Shown in pieces: positions 26,528-36,198 of a stretch of DNA of 64,000 bases. A program made the position numbers and the translations under genes. The notes beneath the pieces were generated by a model. The model was not told where the DNA came from. It made no database searches and saw only the letters and a program-made list of their open reading frames with translations. Each line of letters begins with the position of its first letter. Position 1 is the first letter of the stretch. Source of the stretch: a virus (Duplodnaviria > Heunggongvirae > Uroviricota > Caudoviricetes); IMG/VR virus record IMGVR_UViG_3300036790_000204, positions 42,103-106,102 of that record. One strand, written 5' to 3'.

Positions 26528-26550
26528 GCCGTCCGACACCCCCGGTCAGC
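26491..26550 (+). promoter_or_regulatory. conserved upstream element before the major tail gene
   Basis: gcgtGACGCTAgCCgg...CCTACCTTTAGGCCGTCCGACACCCCCGGTCAGCAC. Its 36 bp are identical to the copy at 43005..43040. Confidence 0.45.
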
Positions 26551-26566
26551 ACGTGGGGGCTGGGCA

Positions 26567-27145
26567 ATGACTAATCCTGCGGCGATCCTTGTCCCAGGTA
26601 TGGCGCGAGTGTGGCTCGCGCCCGTGGGGACCACCGCCCCGGCGGACCCGGTGACCGACATGCCGGACGGGTGGCTTGACGTCGGCTACTTCGACCCCGC
26701 GTCGCTGCAGTGGCAGACGTCGCCGAGCTTCCAGACCGTCACCTCGCACCAGTCGGCCTACCCGACGCGCCGGTTCGTCGACTCCGACGCGGCGACCGTG
26801 ACGTGCAACCTGCAGGAATGGAACGCGATCAACCTGCAGACGGTCTACGGCGGCGGCGAGATCACCACCATGCACGGCACGGCCCCGGAGCCGACGACCT
26901 GGTACAAGTACGAGCCGCCGGCGATCACCGACCGCACGCAGACCGCGTGCTGCATCGAGATCATCGACGGCTCGAAGCACTACCGGCAGATCATCCCGAT
27001 CACCGAGCAGGACTCCGGGGCGACGGTCAGCTACCACCGCACCGCCGAGTCGACGCTGCCCCTGTCCCTCGCGGTCATCGGGACGGACGTCGGAGACCCC
27101 TGGTATTCGCTTTCGGACGACCCGGCAATGGCTCCAGTGTCCTGA
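26567..27145 (+). CDS. major tail protein
   Basis: 192 aa. Sits upstream of the chaperone and tape-measure genes and is preceded by the conserved upstream motif. Confidence 0.55.
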   Translation: MTNPAAILVPGMARVWLAPVGTTAPADPVTDMPDGWLDVGYFDPASLQWQTSPSFQTVTSHQSAYPTRRFVDSDAATVTCNLQEWNAINLQTVYGGGEITTMHGTAPEPTTWYKYEPPAITDRTQTACCIEIIDGSKHYRQIIPITEQDSGATVSYHRTAESTLPLSLAVIGTDVGDPWYSLSDDPAMAPVS

Positions 27146-27173
27146 CCTGCTTTTTTGCTGGTATCATGACTTT

Positions 27174-28466
27174 ATGGCCGTACCCCCGAAGCCAATCCTC
27201 GCGTCCCTGACCGCCGAGCAGGCAGCTCACGCTCTGGCCATGCTCGACCAGCTGACGGACCGGTCATCCGGCCCGGACGAGTGCTGGCCGTGGACGGGCG
27301 GATCGCTCGTTGGCGGCTACGGCGTGCTCTACACGCTGGGCACCGCGAAAACTCGCCGCATGGTCAAAGCTCACCGGCTGGCGTATGAGATCGCCCACGA
27401 CGGCGAATGTCCGCCTACGATCGACCACACCTGCCACGACGGCGCCGAATGCAAACTTGCCAGCCTGTGCCCGCATCGCCGTTGCTGCAACCCGGCGCAC
27501 CTCAAGGCGGAAACCGCCGCCGGCAACGCGTCTCGCGCTCAGGCGGGTATCTACGAGGAAACGTGCCGCGCCGGGCATCGAATGAACGGCGATAACGCCT
27601 ATGAAGCGCCAGACGGCTCGCGATACTGCCGCAAGTGCGCGGCGGCTCGCGCCCGCAATGCCAGGAGCGACGCCAAGCGGGGCCGCGAAAAAGCGGCAAC
27701 CGAGATTCAGCGCCCGCGAGGGCTTCCAGCCGCCGAGGCGGTGGCATGGGCGCTGGATGGCCAAGACTCGCAGGGCTGCATGCGGTGGCCCGGCTCGACG
27801 CCAAACGGGAGCGGCTACGTCTACGTTGGGGTAGGCGGCAAGACGATCGCGGCACACCGGCTTGTATACGCCGTTCGCGTCGCCCCCATACCAGACGGCT
27901 ACATGGTGGACCACACGTGCCACGACCCGAAGATATGCCCTGGCGGGATGGAGTGCGCGCATCGCGCGTGCATCAACCCGGAGCACCTCACTGCCGTCAC
28001 GCACGCGGAGAATTCATCGGTGCCCCGTTCGGTGCGGCGCAGGCCCGACGAGTGCATCGCCGGCCACCTGTTCACCGAGGAAAACACTTACACCGACAAG
28101 CAGGGATCACGGCACTGCCTAGCCTGCCAGCGAGACCACGCGCAAGCGGCCGCAGGGAAGGCCAGAGAATCATCCGGCTGGACGGATGCCCGGTTCCGGG
28201 ACGGGAATCTGTGTAGGAACGGCCACGACGTGACCGTGACCGGGCTTAACGCAGAAGGTAAGTGCGCCGAGTGCAGCCGGACGCGAAAGCGAGAATGGAA
28301 GGCGCGGGAGGCCGCCAAGCCCAAGCCGGATCGGGTTGACAAGCGCAAGCGGCAGGGGGATCTGTGCGGCAACGGGCTGCACGACGTGACGGTGACCGGG
28401 CTGACCAAGGCTGGCCGGTGCGCCGAGTGCAAGCGCGCCAGCCAGCGCCTGGCGCCTGTTAGCTAA
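27174..28466 (+). CDS. homing endonuclease with tandem HNH domains and C-terminal zinc ribbons
   Basis: Two copies of CWPW(T)G..GYG....HR..Y....G......DH.C....C.NP.HL, plus several CxxC ribbons. Confidence 0.7.
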   Translation: MAVPPKPILASLTAEQAAHALAMLDQLTDRSSGPDECWPWTGGSLVGGYGVLYTLGTAKTRRMVKAHRLAYEIAHDGECPPTIDHTCHDGAECKLASLCPHRRCCNPAHLKAETAAGNASRAQAGIYEETCRAGHRMNGDNAYEAPDGSRYCRKCAAARARNARSDAKRGREKAATEIQRPRGLPAAEAVAWALDGQDSQGCMRWPGSTPNGSGYVYVGVGGKTIAAHRLVYAVRVAPIPDGYMVDHTCHDPKICPGGMECAHRACINPEHLTAVTHAENSSVPRSVRRRPDECIAGHLFTEENTYTDKQGSRHCLACQRDHAQAAAGKARESSGWTDARFRDGNLCRNGHDVTVTGLNAEGKCAECSRTRKREWKAREAAKPKPDRVDKRKRQGDLCGNGLHDVTVTGLTKAGRCAECKRASQRLAPVS

Positions 28467-28474
28467 CCCGCGCG

Positions 28475-28849
28475 TCAACCGCACCATTTGCGGATAGCGC
28501 TGATGTCCTTGTCCCACAAGCCCTGATCCGGCACGTTCTGCGCGCCGTCGTTCAGCTCGTTGCCGAGGATGCCGCCGGTGATCGCGGCGGCCGCGGCGAG
28601 GATGCCCGCACGGGTCGACTTCTCGGCGTGCGCCGCCCTGGCCATCGCGTGGCCGTCGGCGGTCGCGGCCGAGGCGGTGTTCGGGCTGCCCGCAGGGATC
28701 GCGGCGAGCACAGTCGAGCAGCCCGGGTGGGCGCCCACAGCGTCGGACAGGCGCGCAGGGGCGCTCGAGGCGCAGCCGGACACCACGACGGCGCCCAGGG
28801 CGACGCTGAAGGCGGCGGCGCAGGCTGCGCGGGCATGACGATGTTTCAC
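28475..28849 (-). CDS. small lipoprotein (reverse-oriented), candidate exclusion or moron gene
   Basis: GTG with a GGAG RBS. Signal peptide with a VVSGC lipobox. 124 aa. Confidence 0.45.
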   Translation of the reverse strand: MKHRHARAACAAAFSVALGAVVVSGCASSAPARLSDAVGAHPGCSTVLAAIPAGSPNTASAATADGHAMARAAHAEKSTRAGILAAAAAITGGILGNELNDGAQNVPDQGLWDKDISAIRKWCG

Positions 28850-28976
28850 GAGTGCTCCATTCTCGGTCGAGAGACAGTCCGCGGGAGAATCTAGCTGCCG
28901 TGGCGCACAGCGAGCAGGTGAACGCGGATCGTGAGACCGCGACGTTAGCGGACCGCCGCCCCTACGTTGCCCGGCT

Positions 28977-29600
28977 ATGACCACTCCCAACGGAAGTCTC
29001 GACCTCGACGCCGCCCGGGCCGACCGCGCACGGGCCCGCGCCGCACGGCAGGAAGGCCGCGGCGAAACCCTCCCCATCGTGATCGAGGGTGCCACCATCA
29101 CGGAACTGCCGTCCGAGTTCCCGCTGACGGTCCTCGAGCCGCTCACCGGCGTGGACGTCGACCTCGCGCTCATCATCCGGAGCGTCATCCAGGCTGCGAA
29201 GGCGAACGCCCGCGATCAGCAGCTCGCCGCGGCCGAGCTGCTCGTCAACGTGCTGGCGGCCAACCCGCAGCTATTCGCCCAGATCATCGAGGCGGCCAAG
29301 GAGATGGGCCGCCGGCTGCTCGGCGCGGACGGCTACGCTGCGCTGGTCGCATGGGGGCCGTCCTGGTGGGACGTCGCCGACCTAGCCAAGGGCCTCATGG
29401 CCTGGTACGGGATGAGCCTGGGGGAATCGTCGCCCTCCACACGGCCGTCAGCGGAGGGCAGTGGGGAGACATCAGCGCCGATTTCCAGTCCCGTTACGGG
29501 CTCGACGCCCGCGGATGCTGGAAACGCCCTGGCGAGCCCGGTTTCATCGGCGCCCGACGGTTCCTCGAGCTTCTCACCCGGCTACCCGACGACAGCCTGA
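28977..29600 (+). CDS. tail assembly chaperone (G-like)
   Basis: Lies between the major tail and tape-measure genes. The C-terminal tail of the ORF looks low-complexity after about 29425. Confidence 0.55.
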   Translation: MTTPNGSLDLDAARADRARARAARQEGRGETLPIVIEGATITELPSEFPLTVLEPLTGVDVDLALIIRSVIQAAKANARDQQLAAAELLVNVLAANPQLFAQIIEAAKEMGRRLLGADGYAALVAWGPSWWDVADLAKGLMAWYGMSLGESSPSTRPSAEGSGETSAPISSPVTGSTPADAGNALASPVSSAPDGSSSFSPGYPTTA

Positions 29601-29836
29601 CCCGCACCACCCCCGAAGCGCGGGAAGCCGCGTTGCAGGCCGCGGCGTGGGACATCCGGACGGAGCTGCTCGCCCAGCTCGTCGACATCACCAGGATCAA
29701 GGTCCACGGGCTGCAGCTGCAGGGCGAACCGCACCAGACCGAACGGCCGGCGTTCCTCACCGCGGCGAAGGACACAGACCGGCGCGCGGGGCTCGCCCAC
29801 GCGCTGAGCGTCCTGCAGAACGCCCCCCGCGGCTGA
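28977..29836 (+). CDS. tail assembly chaperone -1 frameshift product (GT-like)
   Basis: The -1 frame carries protein-like sequence from about 29420 to 29836 (GDISADFQSRYGLD...). GGGGGAA at about 29420-29426 is a possible slip site. Confidence 0.4.
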
Positions 29837-29943
29837 CCGGCGCCCCGGACACGGCGACCTAAGCGGCGGCCGGCCCGTACTTTCAAGCCACGCATTCACC
29901 CCCGTGAGCGCGAGCGCGCGCGTGAACGGGGGAGGGCCGGGCG

Positions 29944-32900
29944 GTGAGCGAGGACGTTTCCGCCGGGCGCCTCGTACTCGAGGTCGTCGGCGACACCAGC
30001 GGCCTCCGCGCCGACCTCAAGGCCAAGGTCGACGCCATCTCGGCCCAGATCAGGGCCGAGATAAAAGCCGACCTCAAGCTCGACGCAGCGCAGGCGCAGG
30101 CCGAAATCCAGAAAGCGGCCCGCGACCGGGTCGTCACCCTCCTGGCCAAGGCCGACACCACCACGGCCGACGCCGACCTAGACAAGACGGCCGCGGACCG
30201 CACCGCGAAGATCACGGCGAAGGCCGACACCACCACGGCGCGGACCGACCTCGACACCGCCGCCAAAGACCGCACGACCACCATCAAGGCGAAGACCGAC
30301 AAGGCGTCGCTCGACACGGTGGCCAGCGACATCGGCGAGAAACTGACCTCAGTCTCGATCCCGGTGTTCATCGGGTCCGGGCTGATCACCGCGGTAGGCG
30401 CCGCGGGGAACCTGGCCGGGGCGCTCGTCGCCGTGGCGGCGGCGGCGTCGCAGGCGGTCGGGGTCATCGGGGCGATCCCGGGGCTTCTCCTCGCCGCGGC
30501 GCAGGCCGGCGGCGCGGCCGAGCTCGGGTTCCACGGCATCGCCGCGGCCGTCTCCGCCAGCGAGGCGGCCCAGAATTCCGCGAAGACGAGCGCGACCCAG
30601 TACGCGCAGGCGCAGCAGTCGGCGGCCGACGCGGTCCGCACCAGCCTGCAGGCGCTGACCAACGCGCAGATCACCGGGCCGCAGCAGGCAGCGGCGGCTC
30701 AGCACGCCCTGCAGCAGGCGATCACCGCCGTGGCAGACGCCCAGTACAACGCCGCGCAGTCGATCGCCACGAGCAGCCACGCGCAGCAGCAGGCCGTCAT
30801 CGCGCTGTCCGACGCCCGCTACAACGCCTCCCAGTCCGTCACGACCAGCGAGCACACCCTCACCGACGCCCTCTATTCCGAGCAGCAGGCTCAGCTCGCC
30901 GTCACCCAGGCGCGGCAGGCCGCTGTCCAGAACCTCATACAAACCTCGTTCGACCTGCGCGGGGCGGTCATCGGCGAGGCGCAGGCCGCGCTGAACCTGC
31001 AGGAAGCCCGCACCAAGCTCACCGAGACCGACCAGTCCGCCGCGAGCACCGCGCAGCAGAAGCAGCAGGCGCAACTCGACCTGCAGCAGGCGAAGCTCGC
31101 CTACGCCGAGTCGGTCAACACCACCAGCCAGGCGGCCAAGGCCAAGAAAACCGCCGACCAGCAGGGCGTAAGCGGCTCGCAGACCGTCATACAGGCCCAG
31201 CACGCCCAGCAGGACGCCGCGTTCAGCCTGCAGCAGGCCGAGCAGGCGGTCGCCCGCGCCCGCGTCGAGGCGACCCGGTCCATTCAGGAAGCCCAGTACG
31301 AGCTCACCCAGTCGGTGCAGGCGGCCGCCCGGGCGCAGGTCACCGCGTCGGAGTCGGTGAAAGACGCCGAGTACTCCGAGGCGCAGGCCGCGCAGTCCCT
31401 CGCGAACACCCGCCGCACCGACGCGCAGCAGCTCGAGAACGCCCAGATCGCCTACCGGGAGGCGGTCAAGGCGGCGGCGCAGCCGACCCTAGGCCTGTCA
31501 TCCCAGACGACCGCCCTGCAGCAGGCCATGGCCAGCCTCACCCCGGCCGGCCGGAAGTTCGTCGACTTCATCACCAGCACCCTCCTGCCCGCCTACAAGA
31601 AAGCCCAGCAGGCCACCCAGACGGCGCTCCTGCCCGGCGTGCAGCAGGGACTCCAGTCGGCGCTCCCGCTGCTCGGCACCCTCCGCGGCGGCCTCACCGG
31701 CACCGCGAGCGTCCTCGGCGCCGTCGCCCGCAAGACCGGGCAGTGGCTCGGCAGCGCCGGCGTCAACGCCGACCTGTCCGGCATCCTCAAAACTAACGAA
31801 GGGGTCATCCGCAATTTCGGCGACGCCGCCCTGCACGTCGCCGACGCTATCCGGAACGTGGTCGTCGCCGCCGAGCCCCTCGTCGTCAAGATCAGCGAGT
31901 TCGCCGACAAGCTCGCCAAGGGCGCCGACTCCCTGTCCAAGACCGGCCGCAGCTCCGGTGACCTCGCCGGGTTCTTCGACCGCGCGTGGAAATCCGCGTC
32001 ACAGCTGGCCAGGATCGTCGGGAACCTGGTCGGCTTCATCGGGCACCTGTTCGGCGCAGCCGCGCCGGCCGGGTCGTCGCTGCTCGGGTCGCTGGTCGAC
32101 GCGACGGGGAAACTCGACAAGTGGGCTGGCAGCGGCGGCGGCCAGGCCAAGATGCAGGCGTTCTTCCAGAACACCATTCCCGTCGCCCGGCAGTTCGGCG
32201 ACCTGCTCGTGCACGCGGCGAGCGTCATCGGGAAGCTGGTCGGCGGGTTCGGCGGCGGCGAGCTCAACGGCCTGTTCAGCGTCCTTAACCTGGCGCTGAG
32301 CATCTTGTCGACGCTGACGAAGCTGCCCGGGTTCGGGCAGGTCGTCCAGTGGGTGCTCGTGCTGTCCGGGGTCGGCGCCGGGCTCGGCATGGTCGCCGGG
32401 AAGATCGGGGCGATCGGCAAGGGACTGTCGGCGCTCACGAAGATCAGCGGCCTCGACGCGCTGGCCAAGAAACTCGGGCTCGGCGACTCGGTCGGCGGGG
32501 CACTCGGCGGCGGCCTGAAGAAACTCGGCGGGAAGATCCTCGGAAAGCCGGGTGGCATCCCCGATGAGCTCACGCCGGCGGCCGGCGCCGAACGCGTATT
32601 CGCCGTGTCCGGCGCGGGCGAGGCGGAAGAATTCACGGCGGCCGGGGCGACCGGCCTGTACGCGGTCCCTCAAAAGCTGAAAGGACTCTGGACCGCTGCC
32701 GGGTCGGCGGCCAGCGGGTTCGCGTCCAATTTGCAGACGTGGCTCAGCTCCGCAGGGCAGGCGGCAGCAGGGTTCGCGTCGAGTGTGGGGTCTGCGCTTT
32801 CGAAAGCGGGCGGCTACCTGGCTGACGCCGCGAGGGGCGCGGGCACGTGGGCCGCCGGGGTCGGCTCGAGTATCGGGCAGGCTGCGGCGTCGTTCGGGGC

Positions 32901-34770
32901 GTTCGTCGCCGGGCTGGCGAGGCAGGCGGCTGAGGCGGCGGTGACCCTGGCCACGTGGGTGGCCGAGCACACGGTCGCAGCGGCGACCTACATCGCCGAG
33001 AACGTGGCCATGGCGGCGTCGGCGACCGCGGCGTTCATAGCGGAGAACGCGGCCACCCTCGGGATCATCGCGGCGGTGATCGGGATCGTCGCCGCGATCG
33101 TTTACGTGGCGACGCATTGGTCGCAGGTCTGGGGCGATATCAAGAAATGGGCGTCGGACGCCTGGAATTTCATTTACAACGGAATCGGGAAATACCTCCT
33201 GGTATTGCTCGGTCCGGCCGGTCTGATCATCCTCGGGATCATCGAGGTATCCCAGCATTGGCAGACAATATGGGGCGACATCAAGAAATGGGCGAAAGAC
33301 GCCTGGGATTTCATTTACAACGGAATAGGTCAGTACCTCCTGCCGCTGCTCGGAACGACCGGCCTAATCATCGCCGGTATAACGGCAGTATCGAAAAGCT
33401 GGTCGACAATCTGGGGCGCGATCACGTCCGTGGTGGCCAGCGCCTACACGGCGATCAAAAAGGGAACGACCGACGCGGTAGGCGGCCTGAAAACCGCGTG
33501 GGCGAAAATACGCGCCGCATTCGAAGACCCCGTGAAATTCGTCGTCAACACCGTCTACGACGACGGAATCGCGAAACTCTGGAACTGGGTCGCCGACAAG
33601 CTCGACTTCCCCAAGCTCAAGATCCTGCACCTCGCGCAGGGCGGCCGGGTGCCCGGGACCGGCACCGGCGACCACGTGCCCGCCCTGCTCGAGCCGCGCG
33701 AGCGCGTTCTGTCGCGGGAGCAGGTCTCTAAGTTCGGCGGCGGCAGCCTCGACGCCGGCCACGACGCCCTCGACCGGCTGGTCGGCCGCGGCGGCGGCCA
33801 GTGGCCCGCCTACCAGGACGGCGGCATCCTCCCCTGGCTGAAGGGGCTGCCGGGCGACGTCAGCCACGCAGTCCTCGCCGGCACCGACAGCCTGCTCGAC
33901 GGCGCGAAATTCCTCGCCTCCGCCCTGTCCAACCCGGTCGGCACCGTGGAGAAGCTGCTGGCGGGGCCGCTCGCCGAGGTCTCCAAGATCAACTCGACCC
34001 CGGTCGGGAAGATGATCGGCGCCATCCCCAAGTACATCGTCAGCCAGGCGGGCAAGGCAGTCGAGCAGTTCCTCGGCATCGGGGGCGGCGGCGGCGTCGG
34101 CAACGTCCACATGACCCCGCCGACCGTCACCGGCACCGTGCAGCAGTGGTTCGCCAAGGCCATGCAGCTGACCGGCTCCCCGGCGTCGTGGCTCGCGCCG
34201 CTCGAGACGATCGGCTACCACGAGAGCACCGACAACCCCTACGCGATCAACAACTCGGACAGCAACGCCGCGGCCGGCGACCCGGCGCGGGGCATCATGC
34301 AGGAAATCATGACGACATTCCTCGCGTGGCACCTGCCCGGCACGTCGACCAACATCTACGACCCGGTCGCCAACATAGCCAGCGCGATCCGCTACATAGC
34401 CAGCCGCTACGGGACGCCCTTCAACACCCCCGGCATCAGGGCGCTGTCCGAAGGGCGCTCCTACGTCGGGTACGACGCCGGAGGCCCCCTCAAGCCGGGC
34501 GCGACCACCGTCCTGAACGGCACCGGCGAGAACGAGTGGGTGCTGACCCCTGGCGCGGTCGACCTGCTCGGCGGCGCCCCCGCGATCGCCCGCATGAACA
34601 TGGCCGGGAACCTCTACCGCTCCACTGGCAGCGCCGGCGCCGCGTCGGCCGTGTCCGAGGCCCGGCCGGCCGCGGGCACGGCGACCGTCAACGTGTACCC
34701 GCAGCCCGGCATGAGCGAGCAGACCATCGGCGACGCCGCCGCCCGCAAACTCGGTTTCCTGCTGAACTGA
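29944..34770 (+). CDS. tape measure protein with C-terminal lytic transglycosylase (SLT-like) domain
   Basis: 1608 aa. Coiled-coil Ala/Gln-rich N-terminal half. TM segments. C-terminus has GYHES...GIMQ...YDP. Confidence 0.8.
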   Translation: MSEDVSAGRLVLEVVGDTSGLRADLKAKVDAISAQIRAEIKADLKLDAAQAQAEIQKAARDRVVTLLAKADTTTADADLDKTAADRTAKITAKADTTTARTDLDTAAKDRTTTIKAKTDKASLDTVASDIGEKLTSVSIPVFIGSGLITAVGAAGNLAGALVAVAAAASQAVGVIGAIPGLLLAAAQAGGAAELGFHGIAAAVSASEAAQNSAKTSATQYAQAQQSAADAVRTSLQALTNAQITGPQQAAAAQHALQQAITAVADAQYNAAQSIATSSHAQQQAVIALSDARYNASQSVTTSEHTLTDALYSEQQAQLAVTQARQAAVQNLIQTSFDLRGAVIGEAQAALNLQEARTKLTETDQSAASTAQQKQQAQLDLQQAKLAYAESVNTTSQAAKAKKTADQQGVSGSQTVIQAQHAQQDAAFSLQQAEQAVARARVEATRSIQEAQYELTQSVQAAARAQVTASESVKDAEYSEAQAAQSLANTRRTDAQQLENAQIAYREAVKAAAQPTLGLSSQTTALQQAMASLTPAGRKFVDFITSTLLPAYKKAQQATQTALLPGVQQGLQSALPLLGTLRGGLTGTASVLGAVARKTGQWLGSAGVNADLSGILKTNEGVIRNFGDAALHVADAIRNVVVAAEPLVVKISEFADKLAKGADSLSKTGRSSGDLAGFFDRAWKSASQLARIVGNLVGFIGHLFGAAAPAGSSLLGSLVDATGKLDKWAGSGGGQAKMQAFFQNTIPVARQFGDLLVHAASVIGKLVGGFGGGELNGLFSVLNLALSILSTLTKLPGFGQVVQWVLVLSGVGAGLGMVAGKIGAIGKGLSALTKISGLDALAKKLGLGDSVGGALGGGLKKLGGKILGKPGGIPDELTPAAGAERVFAVSGAGEAEEFTAAGATGLYAVPQKLKGLWTAAGSAASGFASNLQTWLSSAGQAAAGFASSVGSALSKAGGYLADAARGAGTWAAGVGSSIGQAAASFGAFVAGLARQAAEAAVTLATWVAEHTVAAATYIAENVAMAASATAAFIAENAATLGIIAAVIGIVAAIVYVATHWSQVWGDIKKWASDAWNFIYNGIGKYLLVLLGPAGLIILGIIEVSQHWQTIWGDIKKWAKDAWDFIYNGIGQYLLPLLGTTGLIIAGITAVSKSWSTIWGAITSVVASAYTAIKKGTTDAVGGLKTAWAKIRAAFEDPVKFVVNTVYDDGIAKLWNWVADKLDFPKLKILHLAQGGRVPGTGTGDHVPALLEPRERVLSREQVSKFGGGSLDAGHDALDRLVGRGGGQWPAYQDGGILPWLKGLPGDVSHAVLAGTDSLLDGAKFLASALSNPVGTVEKLLAGPLAEVSKINSTPVGKMIGAIPKYIVSQAGKAVEQFLGIGGGGGVGNVHMTPPTVTGTVQQWFAKAMQLTGSPASWLAPLETIGYHESTDNPYAINNSDSNAAAGDPARGIMQEIMTTFLAWHLPGTSTNIYDPVANIASAIRYIASRYGTPFNTPGIRALSEGRSYVGYDAGGPLKPGATTVLNGTGENEWVLTPGAVDLLGGAPAIARMNMAGNLYRSTGSAGAASAVSEARPAAGTATVNVYPQPGMSEQTIGDAAARKLGFLLN
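33100..33430 (+). repeat. three tandem repeats of about 40 aa within the tape measure protein (W..WGDIKKWA.DAW.FIYNGIG.YLL)
   Basis: Read directly from the translation. Confidence 0.5.
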
Positions 34771-34781
34771 ACGGAGGAACC

Positions 34782-35372
34782 ATGACCAGCCCGATACCGC
34801 TGTGGATCGCCGAGCCGACCGGCGCCTGCCGACTGTCGCTGCGCCGCTTCCGCTACCGGGAGAGCGACGACGGCCACTGGCACAACGCTGCCACCGTCAT
34901 CGACGAGGACGCGCCCGTGACCGCGCCCGGACCCGATGGGTCGAAACCCGCCGCAGACGGCCGGATCCCGCACGACGACCCGCGCTGGCCTAGTCACTGC
35001 GCCTGCGGCGAGGCGTTCGCCGGCGACGACCGCTGGCAGGTCAACGAGCTCGACTGGCACCAGGGGAGCGGCGGCCGGTTCGCATGGGGGACCGGCTCGT
35101 GGGAAGGGCTGCCCGGGGCGATGATCCGCGCGCCATGGGCCGACCGCGAGCCCGACAACGGCTGCCCCGCCTACGTCATCTTCCTGCCGAACGGGTCGAC
35201 GTGGTGCACGCGGGACCGCGCCGCCACGCCCGGTGCCGGCCTCGGCCCGCAGTGGACAGTCACCGGCGTGCCTCCGCTGATCACCGTAAGCCCGAGCATC
35301 GATGACCGCGACCCGTCGCGCCCGTGGCACGGATGGATCCGGGCCGGGGAGCTTGTGACGGTGGGGTCGTGA
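34782..35372 (+). CDS. hypothetical protein (Cys/His-containing)
   Basis: ATG with a GGAGG RBS inside the longer table ORF. 196 aa. Confidence 0.35.
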   Translation: MTSPIPLWIAEPTGACRLSLRRFRYRESDDGHWHNAATVIDEDAPVTAPGPDGSKPAADGRIPHDDPRWPSHCACGEAFAGDDRWQVNELDWHQGSGGRFAWGTGSWEGLPGAMIRAPWADREPDNGCPAYVIFLPNGSTWCTRDRAATPGAGLGPQWTVTGVPPLITVSPSIDDRDPSRPWHGWIRAGELVTVGS

Positions 35373-35797
35373 GCGAAATCGGGAAGGTGCGCGAGGTTAC
35401 GCAGTCGATCCTCTACAGCCGCGAGCTGAACGAACGCGGCGTCTACGGCAACTGCCTTCAGGCCGCGATCGCCAGCGCGCTTGACCTCGACCTTGATGCG
35501 GTACCCCACTTCGGGGCGTTCGAGTCGTGGGATGTCGCCGCGCGCCTGTGGCTGCGCGGCATCGGCCTCGACTGGCGGATGGTCCCGGGCATCCCGGCCG
35601 GCCGCGCGATCGTCGTTGGGCCGACCGTCCGCAAGTCGGGCGATCACGCCGTAGTTGGCGACGACTGCAAGGTGACGTGGGATCCGCACCCGACCCGAGC
35701 TGGGCTCACTAGCGTCAAACACTCCTACCTGCTGGTCAAGTGGCCCGGCATCACGGCAAGCGCCTGCGTCTGCTGCGGAAGGGCTGACGGAAATTGA
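35369..35797 (+). CDS. hypothetical protein
   Basis: GTG start overlapping the upstream stop. Contains R-x4-H (RKSGDH). Confidence 0.3.
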   Translation: MSEIGKVREVTQSILYSRELNERGVYGNCLQAAIASALDLDLDAVPHFGAFESWDVAARLWLRGIGLDWRMVPGIPAGRAIVVGPTVRKSGDHAVVGDDCKVTWDPHPTRAGLTSVKHSYLLVKWPGITASACVCCGRADGN

Positions 35798-36198
35798 CCA
35801 CGAACAAAGTCCGATCCGACCTGCTGGCCACGACGCAGATCTACAACCTTGACCAGGCGTGCGAGATCATCACCCGGGCGTTCGGCGAGCACCCTTACCT
35901 AGTCGGTACTGCAGGCTACGGCGGCACCGAGCGGTACCGCGACGTCGATGTCCGGCTCATGCTCTCCGACGACGAGTTCGCGAAGGCGTTCCCGACGCGG
36001 GAGCGGTGGGAACTGCTCTGCCTGTCGATCAGCGTTTACCTGAGCGAGCGCACCGGGCTGCCCGTGGATTTTCAAATCCAGTCGGCCAGCGTGGCGAATG
36101 AGGTCCACAGCAAGCCGCGAAACCCGCTCGGCATGGGCCGGCGGCTCTTTGCGGGCGGCGGCGACGGCACGCCAGATTGGGGCGCCGCTACGCCATGA
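35794..36198 (+). CDS. minimal nucleotidyltransferase-fold protein
   Basis: LVGTAGYGGTERYRDVDVRLML (G[GS]...D.D motif). The TTG start overlaps the upstream TGA. Confidence 0.4.
   Translation: MTTNKVRSDLLATTQIYNLDQACEIITRAFGEHPYLVGTAGYGGTERYRDVDVRLMLSDDEFAKAFPTRERWELLCLSISVYLSERTGLPVDFQIQSASVANEVHSKPRNPLGMGRRLFAGGGDGTPDWGAATP

Noticed and set aside
29420-29426. Calling GGGGGAA a confirmed slippery heptamer
   Set aside because: It is not canonical X XXY YYZ. Only the change of coding potential between frames is solid.
33100-33430. Regular direct repeats, considered as a CRISPR array
   Set aside because: They are in-frame protein repeats of the tape measure gene. They are about 120 bp long, imperfect, and have no spacer structure.
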